Shown one piece after another: positions 1 through 6,825 of a DNA stretch of 37,229 nucleotides (its first letter is position 1; the number at the start of each line of letters is the position of its first letter). The notes beneath the pieces are model-generated. The model had not been told where the DNA came from. It saw only the letters and a program-made list of their open reading frames with translations, and made no database searches. The stretch covers positions 1,787-39,015 of the forward strand of contig MGDX01000006.1 in the NCBI GenBank assembly GCA_001791035.1. Reading direction: 5' to 3'. Origin of the DNA: Candidatus Uhrbacteria bacterium RIFCSPHIGHO2_02_FULL_53_13. Lineage in GTDB: Bacteria; Patescibacteriota; Patescibacteriia; UBA9934; UBA11717. The translations under genes were made by a program, and so were the position numbers.

Positions 1-8
1 TGAATAGT

Positions 9-551
9 ATGTCTTTACTCAAATCACACTATTCAACGAAGGTGGCACCGGCATTGAAGGCGTCGCTTGGAAAGAAGAATATCCACGCGGTTCCAAAGAT
101 GGAGAAAGTCACCTTGAACGTGGGGCTCGGTTCTGGACTCAAGGATAGTCAGTTTCAGGAAACGGTAGCCAAATCGTTGCAACGCATCTCGGGACAGAAA
201 CCGGTGTTGACGAAGGCGCGCAAATCTATTGCCGCGTTCAAGATTCGCCAAGGCATGCCCATCGGCATAAAAGTGACGCTTCGAGGACCGCGCATGTATG
301 ATTTTGTCGAAAAGCTGGTTGCGGTGACGTTTCCTCGCGTGCGCGATTTTCGCGGTATCGATCGCAAGAGTGTGGATCAATCCGGGAACTTCAACTACGG
401 ATTCAAGGAACACATTGCCTTTCCGGAAATTTCGTCCGACGAAGTGGAGCGCTTACACGGATTGCAAGTGACCATCACCACGTCTGCCAAGACGCGCGAA
501 GATGGCATAGCGCTGTTTGAGGCTCTGGGCTTCCCCTTTAAAGCAACATAA
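9..551 (+). CDS. rplE: 50S ribosomal protein L5 (uL5)
   Basis: 180-aa ORF with a uL5-like sequence (..KVTLNVGLG.., GMPIGIKVTLRG..MYDF..KL). It is the first gene of the conserved L5-S14-S8-L6-L18-S5-L15-SecY order. A TGA at 1-3 probably ends rplX. Confidence 0.95.
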   Translation: MSLLKSHYSTKVAPALKASLGKKNIHAVPKMEKVTLNVGLGSGLKDSQFQETVAKSLQRISGQKPVLTKARKSIAAFKIRQGMPIGIKVTLRGPRMYDFVEKLVAVTFPRVRDFRGIDRKSVDQSGNFNYGFKEHIAFPEISSDEVERLHGLQVTITTSAKTREDGIALFEALGFPFKAT

Positions 552-569
552 CGTATTGTTTCCTCCCCT

Positions 570-755
570 ATGGCAAAAACATCACAAATCGTGAAGTCTC
601 GTCGCAAGCCGAAATTCAGCACGCGATTGGTTCGACGGTGCTGGAAGTGCGGCCGCTATCGCAGTTTCATGCGGGACTTTGATTTGTGTCGCATCTGTTT
701 TCGCGAACTGGCCAACCGAGGGGAAATTCCGGGTATCACAAAAGCAAGTTGGTAG
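570..755 (+). CDS. rpsN: 30S ribosomal protein S14, type Z (zinc-binding, 61 aa)
   Basis: 61 aa, [19 protein letters not shown].., with CWKC..CRIC zinc-ribbon cysteines and ..ITKASW at the C-terminus. Position between rplE and rpsH fits. Confidence 0.93.
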   Translation: MAKTSQIVKSRRKPKFSTRLVRRCWKCGRYRSFMRDFDLCRICFRELANRGEIPGITKASW

Positions 756-756
756 T

Positions 757-1152
757 ATGACAACGAACGATCCAATCTCCGACATGCTCACGCGCATTCG
801 TAATGCGCAGTTGGCTGGCCACAAGACGGTTCGCGTTCCACGCTCGAACATGAAGTTTGCGATTGCCAAGATTCTGGAAACCGAGGGGTACTTGGCAGAG
901 GTCGGTGAAGCGGAGGGGACCGCGTTTCCGGAGCTCGAACTTACGCTCAAGTACAAGGGCCGCACGCCGATTATCCGCGAACTCAAGCGTGTCTCAAAAC
1001 CCGGCCGCCGCATTTACACGAAAGCAAAGGACTTGCCGCGCGTCTATTCGGACATCGGGATCGCGATTCTTTCGACACCAAACGGTGTGATGACGAATAA
1101 AGACGCGCGTCGTCAGCGATTGGGCGGTGAAGTCTTGTGTACGATTTTTTAA
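757..1152 (+). CDS. rpsH: 30S ribosomal protein S8 (uS8)
   Basis: The ORF track begins at 679, but the ATG at 757 gives the canonical N-terminus MTTNDPISDMLTRIRNA. It lies 1 nt after the rpsN stop at 753-755. Confidence 0.93.
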   Translation: MTTNDPISDMLTRIRNAQLAGHKTVRVPRSNMKFAIAKILETEGYLAEVGEAEGTAFPELELTLKYKGRTPIIRELKRVSKPGRRIYTKAKDLPRVYSDIGIAILSTPNGVMTNKDARRQRLGGEVLCTIF

Positions 1153-1155
1153 CCT

Positions 1156-1713
1156 ATGTCACGCATCGGAAAAAATCCTGTCGTCATTCCCGCGAACGTT
1201 GAGACTCGTATCAACGATGGCGTGGTGAGCATGAAAGGCCCCAACGGAACGCTGGAGCAGACCATGCACGCGCACGCGCGTGTGGAGCTTCGCGATGGTG
1301 GAACGGGCAAGGAGCTCGTCGTGACCATGGTGGATTTGGATTCAAAAGAGAACCGCTCGCTGTGGGGAACCATGCGCACGCTTTTGCAAAACATGGTGAC
1401 GGGCGTGACGGAAGGATTCAAAAAGCAACTGGAAGTGAACGGCGTGGGGTACAAGGTGGCTCTGCAAGGGAATGGGCTCAAGCTCGATGTCGGATTCTCG
1501 CACTCGATCATGTACGCGCTTCCCGACGGCGTAAAAGCCGAGGTGGAGAAAAACATCATCACGCTTTCGGGGGCGAGCAAAGCGCTCGTCGGTCAAACGG
1601 CGGCGGAGATTCGAAAGGTTCGTCCACCGGAGCCGTACAAGGGCAAGGGGATTAAATATGTTGATGAGGTGATTCGACGCAAAGCCGGAAAGGCTGCAAA
1701 AGCGTCCGCATAA
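1156..1713 (+). CDS. rplF: 50S ribosomal protein L6 (uL6)
   Basis: MSRIGKNPVVIP..V.. N-terminus and ..PEPYKGKGIKY.. near the C-terminus. Operon position fits. Confidence 0.95.
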   Translation: MSRIGKNPVVIPANVETRINDGVVSMKGPNGTLEQTMHAHARVELRDGGTGKELVVTMVDLDSKENRSLWGTMRTLLQNMVTGVTEGFKKQLEVNGVGYKVALQGNGLKLDVGFSHSIMYALPDGVKAEVEKNIITLSGASKALVGQTAAEIRKVRPPEPYKGKGIKYVDEVIRRKAGKAAKASA

Positions 1714-1716
1714 CAT

Positions 1717-2064
1717 ATGTCCATATCAGACAAACAACGATTGCGCACTGCAAGAGCGCGGCGAACGCGCGCACGCATGCACGGAACGGCGGCCTGTCCG
1801 CGGCTTTCCGTCTTTCGTTCGGCAAAACATTTTTCTGCACAGCTCATTGACGATGATGCCGGCCGTACTCTGGCGGCTGTTTCGGACAAGGGAATCCAAG
1901 CGGAGAGCCCAACTGCTGCGGCGCAGCAGCTTGGCGTACTCATGGCGAGCCAAGCGAAGAACATCAAAGTGGATTGTGTGGTGTTTGATCGCGGCGCTTA
2001 TGCCTATCACGGTCGTGTGAAGGCGTTTGCCGATGGCGCGCGCAGTGGCGGACTGATTTTTTAA
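1717..2064 (+). CDS. rplR: 50S ribosomal protein L18 (uL18)
   Basis: 115 aa with the ..RLSVFRS.KH..AQLIDD.. and ..FDRGAYAYHGRVKAFADGAR..GL.F pattern. Operon position fits. Confidence 0.93.
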   Translation: MSISDKQRLRTARARRTRARMHGTAACPRLSVFRSAKHFSAQLIDDDAGRTLAAVSDKGIQAESPTAAAQQLGVLMASQAKNIKVDCVVFDRGAYAYHGRVKAFADGARSGGLIF

Positions 2065-2065
2065 C

Positions 2066-2803
2066 ATGCCTATGTCGACGGAAGAACATCAAGCATCGGT
2101 GAACGAGAATCAAGCATCGGGAATCTCGAATCAAGCAGAGTCGGAAACAACGATGGCGGTTTTGGATACCGCAACGGAGGTATCGGCTTCCGGAACTCCA
2201 GCGCCTTCGAGCGATGGGGAGCGCGGTGGACGCGGAGGTCAGCGTCGTCCTCGCCGCACGCGCGAGCGTGAACCGCGTGAATTTGAACAGACGATTCTTG
2301 ATCTTGCTCGTGTCACGCGCGTGACGAAAGGAGGTAAGCGCATGCGATTCCGCGTGGCGCTCGTGATCGGGGACAAAAAGGGACGCGTAGGATTTGGCGT
2401 GGCCAAAGGCGCCGATGTTCAAATGTCCATTCAGAAGGCGTACCATCAAGCGAAGAAGAACGTGACGAATTTGGAATTGGTGAACGGAACGTTTCCACAT
2501 CGCGTTTCAGCGTCGTTTAGCTCGGCGGATGTGTTGCTCATGCCGGCTCCAAGCGGAACGGGACTCAAGGCCGGTGGAGCCGTGCGTACGATTTTAGAAC
2601 TCGGCGGCGTGAGCGATGCGGTGGGAAAAATTCTTCGAGGCCACAATAAATTGAATGTTGCCAAAGCCGTGTTTAACGCGTTGAGTCAGATGACCATTCC
2701 AGAAGGCGTGACGACGGATAAGGAACAGCGCGCATCCAAGCGGAAAGAAATTCGTAAGGAGGCTTCCAAAAAGGTCGCAAAGAAAACGACCGCAAAGAGC
2801 TAG
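2066..2803 (+). CDS. rpsE: 30S ribosomal protein S5 (uS5) with N- and C-terminal low-complexity extensions
   Basis: The core ..VTRVTKGGKRMRFRVALVIGD.KGRVGFGVAKG.. and ..GTGLKAGGAVR..LE.GG.. is typical uS5. About 70 extra N-terminal residues (Ser/Glu/Arg-rich) and a Lys-rich tail are added. Confidence 0.93.
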   Translation: MPMSTEEHQASVNENQASGISNQAESETTMAVLDTATEVSASGTPAPSSDGERGGRGGQRRPRRTREREPREFEQTILDLARVTRVTKGGKRMRFRVALVIGDKKGRVGFGVAKGADVQMSIQKAYHQAKKNVTNLELVNGTFPHRVSASFSSADVLLMPAPSGTGLKAGGAVRTILELGGVSDAVGKILRGHNKLNVAKAVFNALSQMTIPEGVTTDKEQRASKRKEIRKEASKKVAKKTTAKS

Positions 2804-2806
2804 GAT

Positions 2807-3241
2807 ATGCCAATGACATTACACACCATCAAGCCGTCTCCGGGTTCTCGAAAGCGCAAGCTTCGTGTTGGTCGCGGACTGGCACGGCGAGGCGCGATGT
2901 CCGGGCGCGGTACGAAAGGACAGCGTGCTCGTTCGGGCGGCAAGAGCGGGCTCAAGGTGAAAGGATTGCGACAAACGCTTTTGCGTATCCCAAAATCGCG
3001 CGGATTCAAATCGCCGGTCGTGAAGGCGGCGACGGTGAGTCTTCGTGATGTGAATGACGTATCGTTGAAAGTCATTTCGCCGTCGAGTCTTAAAAAGATT
3101 GGATTGGTGAAAGAAACGCGGTACGGAGTGAAAATTTTAGGTACCGGCGCGCTTACAAAGGCGCTTACCGTAAAAGGATGCCAAGTCACGCAGTCGGCAA
3201 AAAAGCAGATTGAAGCAGCCGGAGGAACGATCGCAAGTTAG
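2807..3241 (+). CDS. rplO: 50S ribosomal protein L15 (uL15)
   Basis: ..LHTIKPSPGSRKRKLRVGRG...G.GTKGQ.ARSG.. is the uL15 signature. It starts 3 nt after the rpsE stop, so no rpmD lies between them. Confidence 0.93.
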   Translation: MPMTLHTIKPSPGSRKRKLRVGRGLARRGAMSGRGTKGQRARSGGKSGLKVKGLRQTLLRIPKSRGFKSPVVKAATVSLRDVNDVSLKVISPSSLKKIGLVKETRYGVKILGTGALTKALTVKGCQVTQSAKKQIEAAGGTIAS

Positions 3242-3246
3242 AGAGA

Positions 3247-3324
3247 GGAAGTTGAGAAGTTAGAGATCAGAGGTCCGAGGTCGGAACTGCGAGGCCCCTC
3301 GTAAGGAGTCAACGGCCAATAGCC
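3247..3324 (+). repeat. Copy A of a roughly 75-nt intergenic repeat element (copy B at 15648..15722)
   Basis: It shares collinear identical blocks with copy B: GGAAGTTG, GTTAGAGAT, GTCGGAACT, GCGAGGCC and AACGGCCAATAGC. It fills the unusually long (102 nt) rplO-secY spacer. Confidence 0.6.
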
Positions 3325-3343
3325 AAAAGATCATAGCCAAAAT

Positions 3344-4630
3344 ATGTTTGAAGCGTTTAGACGCATTTGGAATATTAAAGCCCTTCGCAAAAGTATCGGC
3401 TTCGTGATTCTCATGCTGATGCTGTTTCGATTTTTGGCAACCATTCCGGTGCCGGGGATTGATCCGGCATTAGTGCGCTCGGCTCTGGAAGGCAATCAGT
3501 TTTTTGGCTTGCTCAACATTTTTTCCGGCGGAACGCTCGAAAGCTTTTCTGTGGTGGCTCTTGGTGTGGCCCCTTACATTACAAGTTCGATTATTTTTCA
3601 ACTTTTAGTGATGGTCGTTCCATCTCTCAAGCGCATGCAAAAAGAGGAAGGAGAAGCGGGGCGCCAAAAAATGAATCAGATTACCCGTTGGGTTTCGGTG
3701 CCGCTTGCCGCCATCCAGGCCTACGGATTCATTGCGCTCATCTCTCAAGGGAGTGGCGGTGGAGCAGGACAGGGCCTGCTCATTATGGGTTTTAGTCTTT
3801 TTATGGCCATGCTCGTGATGATTGCCGGTTCGGTGTTCTTGATGTGGATTGGAGAGATTATCACAGAGAAAGGCATTGGGAACGGATTGTCCATCTTGAT
3901 TCTTGCGGGAATTATTGCGGCGTTTCCACGCTATCTTCAACAAACGATCGCTACGTTTGATCAAAGTCAAATCGTGAATATGGTGGTGTTTGCGATTGTG
4001 GCTCTCGTGACCATTGTGGTGGTTGTTGCGCTCAATGAAGCGAGCCGCAATGTGCCTGTGCATTATGCACGCCACCATGCAGGCAATCGGTTGAGCGGCG
4101 GCGTCAACTCTCAAATTCCGCTTAAAGTACTTATGGCCGGAGTGATTCCAATTATCTTCGCTATTTCGGTGGTGCTCTTTCCAACCATGATTGCACAATT
4201 CTTCTTGCACGCACAGTCGCCGACCTTGATTACGCTTGCCGAGTGGGTTCTGCGTACGTTCCAGAACAACTGGGTGTACGGCATTCTGTACTTCGTGCTC
4301 GTGTTTGGATTCACGTACTTCTACACAGGTGTCATTTTTCAACCAGACGAGATGGCAGAAAATTTACAAAAGCAAGGTGCGTTTATTCCTGGCGTGCGTC
4401 CGGGAACGCACACGGAGGCGTTTTTGCGCAATGTCATGAACCGTATCTTGCTTCTGGGAGCGACGGCTCTTGCAGTCATTGCCGTACTTCCGGTGGCCAT
4501 GCAGCCGCTCACGGGCTCGCAAACGTTAGTCGTCGGCGGAACGTCACTTCTTATTATTGTTGCGGTGGTGATTGATATTGTGCGCCAAACCGAAGCTCGG
4601 TTGGTGAGCTACGAGTACGAGCAGTTGTAG
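3344..4630 (+). CDS. secY: Preprotein translocase subunit SecY
   Basis: 428-aa polytopic membrane protein (..IFSGGTLESFSVVALGVAPYITSSII.QL..) in the conserved position after rplO. Confidence 0.95.
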   Translation: MFEAFRRIWNIKALRKSIGFVILMLMLFRFLATIPVPGIDPALVRSALEGNQFFGLLNIFSGGTLESFSVVALGVAPYITSSIIFQLLVMVVPSLKRMQKEEGEAGRQKMNQITRWVSVPLAAIQAYGFIALISQGSGGGAGQGLLIMGFSLFMAMLVMIAGSVFLMWIGEIITEKGIGNGLSILILAGIIAAFPRYLQQTIATFDQSQIVNMVVFAIVALVTIVVVVALNEASRNVPVHYARHHAGNRLSGGVNSQIPLKVLMAGVIPIIFAISVVLFPTMIAQFFLHAQSPTLITLAEWVLRTFQNNWVYGILYFVLVFGFTYFYTGVIFQPDEMAENLQKQGAFIPGVRPGTHTEAFLRNVMNRILLLGATALAVIAVLPVAMQPLTGSQTLVVGGTSLLIIVAVVIDIVRQTEARLVSYEYEQL

Positions 4631-4683
4631 AAAAATAGGAGTGCCGCGATTTTTACAGAGATCTTGTAAGTAAAACCCGGGGT

Positions 4684-4759
4684 TGGTGGAGCCGACGGGA
4701 TTTGAACCCGCAATGGCTGGTGTGGACTCAGCTAAGGTTACCGTTACCTTCACGGCCCC
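4684..4759 (-). tRNA. Atypical tRNA, anticodon CCA (nominally Trp), with an Ala-like acceptor stem (G3:U70, A73) and encoded CCA
   Basis: The minus strand reads GGGGCCG-TG-AAGG-TAACGGTAA-CCTT-A-GCTGA-GTCCACA-CCAGC-CATT-GCGGG-TTCAAAT-CCCGT-CGGCTCC-A-CCA. This is a 76-nt cloverleaf with a canonical T-arm and GG in the D-loop. The anticodon arm is non-canonical: an A31-C39 mismatch, G32 and C37. Confidence 0.6.
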
Positions 4760-4818
4760 GGCTCCAGTCCCCGGGATATCAACAATAAAACTCCGCCAAC
4801 AATGAGGGGAGTTTATTG

Positions 4819-4856
4819 CCACACCAACTGGGACCGTAAAGGTCTTAGCTGAGTGA
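4819..4856 (+). pseudogene. Degenerate, inverted and permuted partial copy of the neighbouring tRNA
   Basis: On the plus strand, CCACACCA (4819-4826) equals the tRNA anticodon-loop/3' stem segment. GGGACCGTAAAGGT-CTTAGCTGAGT (4830-4854) matches tRNA positions 1-13 (12/14) plus the segment CTTAGCTGAGT (11/11), with the D-loop deleted. Confidence 0.45.
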
Positions 4857-4860
4857 TATT

Positions 4861-4889
4861 ATTGAATCAATATTCTCCACATCTGTCAA
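4861..4889 (-). promoter_or_regulatory. Putative sigma70-type promoter for the tRNA leader transcript
   Basis: On the minus strand, TTGACA (4889-4884), a 17-nt spacer, then TTCAAT (4866-4861). Confidence 0.35.
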
Positions 4890-4933
4890 GTGGATAACTA
4901 TAGTCATTTCATAGTGTGATGACCATATGTTCA

Positions 4934-4962
4934 TTGCAAAGAAGATGACATTTGTTTAAACT
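4934..4962 (+). promoter_or_regulatory. Putative adk promoter (near-leaderless)
   Basis: TTGCAA, 17 nt, TAAACT. The -10 element ends 8 nt before the adk ATG at 4971. Confidence 0.4.
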
Positions 4963-4970
4963 ACGCCCGT

Positions 4971-5603
4971 ATGATTGTCATTATTCTCGGACCGCAAGGA
5001 TCAGGAAAAGGTACGCAAGGAAAAAAACTCGCCGAGTTTTTTGGCGTTCCATTTGTGAGCGCGGGAGAGTTACTGCGCGAGGAAGCGGCATTGGGATCGG
5101 AGCTCGGCCGACGGATTCATGAGATTATCAACGTGCAAGGCGAGCTCGTTCCGCCGGAAGTGATTACGGATTTGCTGGATGCTCGTAGAATGAAAGATGA
5201 TGCCAAGCAGGGCATGATCATTGACAGCTACCCGCGTGATCTTCAGCAACTGGAACTCATGCGTAAACGATTTACGCCGGACGTGGTAGTGGTACTCAAT
5301 CTTTCCGACGACGAAGCGATCAAGCGCCTTGGCGGTCGAAGGCAATGCCCTGACGGCCACATTTATCATCTTGTGTTCAATCCGCCGAAGAGGGAAGGCG
5401 TATGCGATGTGGATGGCAAACAACTTTTGGTACGCGATGACGATCGTGAGGAGGCCATACGCAATCGACTTGGATGGCATCGCGGTAAAACAGAACCGAT
5501 GATTGGGGCGATGGAACAGAGTGGCGTGCGCGTAGTGCATGTGGATGCGTCGGCGGGGATTGACGATGTGCAAAACGCTGTGCGTAAAATCGTCGGAATA
5601 TAG
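4971..5603 (+). CDS. adk: Adenylate kinase
   Basis: P-loop N-terminus MIVIILGPQGSGKGTQ, a ..FVSAGELLR.. segment, and a LID segment CPDGHIYH..C.VDG. Confidence 0.93.
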   Translation: MIVIILGPQGSGKGTQGKKLAEFFGVPFVSAGELLREEAALGSELGRRIHEIINVQGELVPPEVITDLLDARRMKDDAKQGMIIDSYPRDLQQLELMRKRFTPDVVVVLNLSDDEAIKRLGGRRQCPDGHIYHLVFNPPKREGVCDVDGKQLLVRDDDREEAIRNRLGWHRGKTEPMIGAMEQSGVRVVHVDASAGIDDVQNAVRKIVGI

Positions 5604-5605
5604 GT

Positions 5606-6385
5606 ATGGCGCTTGTAAAAACCGCACAGGAAATTTCGCTCTTGCGTGAAGGCGGCGCTCTCTTGAGTCGCGCGCTTGGAGCGGCGCTCGATGCCGCTTC
5701 GTCGGGAGTCACCATGAAGGAGTTGGATGCCATCGCCGAGCGCGTCATTCGCGGCGGTGGAGGCGAGCCGTCTTTTTTGGGATACACCGGCGGTGGCGAC
5801 ATTCCATTTCCGGCGACGGTGTGCATTTCGCGCAACGCGGAAGTTGTGCACGGGCCGGGGAATCGTGACCACGTGCTCGAAGACGGCGATGTTGTGGGAT
5901 TTGACATTGGTTGTTGGTACGAGGGTTTGTGCACAGACATGGCCTACACGGTTGCTATTGGCGATGCGTTATCGGATGCTCGCACGCTGATGAATGTCAC
6001 CAAAGCGGCCCTGCAAAATGGCATCAAAGTCGTCAAAGCGGGGGCAAAACTCCAGAGCATCTCGCAAGCCATTGAAGACACGATTCGACCGCACGGATTT
6101 GGCATTGTGACGAGTTATGTTGGCCATGGGGTTGGACATCGTGTGCACGAAGAGCCGCAGATACCTAATTTTGTGTCTTCGCAATTTCCGAATCCGGAGA
6201 TGAAAGTCGGGATGGTATTGGCGCTTGAACCAATGGTGACTCTCGGCGGCGGTCTTGTGCAAGTCGCCGACGACGGATGGTCTGCTATCACCGTGGACGG
6301 TTCTCTTGCCGCGCACTATGAGCAAACGATTGTGGTGACGGCCGAGGGGTTTGAGATTTTGACTCCGTTTCCCAAAGGGAGGTAG
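5606..6385 (+). CDS. map: Methionine aminopeptidase, type I
   Basis: 259 aa with the ..VCISRNAEVVHG.P.., ..GDVVGFDIG.., ..YVGHG.G...HE.P.. and ..LALEPM.. metal-ligand pattern. Position after adk fits. Confidence 0.93.
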   Translation: MALVKTAQEISLLREGGALLSRALGAALDAASSGVTMKELDAIAERVIRGGGGEPSFLGYTGGGDIPFPATVCISRNAEVVHGPGNRDHVLEDGDVVGFDIGCWYEGLCTDMAYTVAIGDALSDARTLMNVTKAALQNGIKVVKAGAKLQSISQAIEDTIRPHGFGIVTSYVGHGVGHRVHEEPQIPNFVSSQFPNPEMKVGMVLALEPMVTLGGGLVQVADDGWSAITVDGSLAAHYEQTIVVTAEGFEILTPFPKGR

Positions 6386-6390
6386 GCGAT

Positions 6391-6822
6391 ATGACTCGCG
6401 TGCTCGGCATTGATTTTGGCACCAAGCGTCTTGGACTTGCGTTCGGCGATCCGTTGACGGGCGTTGCTGTGCCTATTGACACGGTAGAACTTCATGGAAA
6501 CGATCCCGTAAAAGTCGTTTGGGGCATGATTGAACGCGACGGATACGATCATGTGGTCGTGGGCGCACCAAGCGATCCAACGTCGAAATTGCATCAAGCT
6601 GTTGTCGCATTTGCAAAGCAACTCCGCAATGTTTCCGGAATTACCGTGACGCTCGTGGATGAACATCTAACAACGAACATTGCCGATCAACTGGCGCGCG
6701 AACACGGCGGCGCATCGCACGACGACTCGCTTGCCGCCATGCTCATTGTGGAGGAATTTTTGCATGAGATTGCTTCCCGCTTCACCAAGGCTTCGAGGGA
6801 CAAGTCACAGCGTTCGCAATGA
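6391..6822 (+). CDS. ruvX: YqgF/RuvX-family putative pre-16S rRNA nuclease / Holliday-junction resolvase-like protein
   Basis: N-terminus MTRVLGIDFGTKRLGLAFGD, typical of the YqgF family. Size is about 140 aa. Confidence 0.85.
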   Translation: MTRVLGIDFGTKRLGLAFGDPLTGVAVPIDTVELHGNDPVKVVWGMIERDGYDHVVVGAPSDPTSKLHQAVVAFAKQLRNVSGITVTLVDEHLTTNIADQLAREHGGASHDDSLAAMLIVEEFLHEIASRFTKASRDKSQRSQ

Positions 6823-6825
6823 CAC

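Noticed and set aside
3605-4342. A long antisense ORF (245 aa, minus strand) inside secY. Similar shadow ORFs occur at 13408..14154, 18324..19022, 20687..21523, 24830..25468, 26149..26823, 27682..28302, 29444..30130, 34274..34894 and 36227..36892.
   Set aside because: Each lies fully within, and opposite to, a gene with clear family motifs. Their translations are Arg/His/Ser-rich with no recognisable motifs, as is typical of antisense frames in moderately GC-rich DNA.
4631-4970. tmRNA (ssrA). The Ala-type acceptor end ..GCGGGTTCAAATCCCGTCGGCTCCACCA on the minus strand looks like a tmRNA tRNA-like domain, and the 340-nt gap is about tmRNA-sized.
   Set aside because: The matching 5' acceptor strand GGGGCCG lies only 76 nt upstream and the interval folds as a complete cloverleaf. 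There is no tag reading frame and no pseudoknot-rich body. The gene order does not fit a permuted two-piece tmRNA either, because nothing acceptor-like lies downstream of the CCA.
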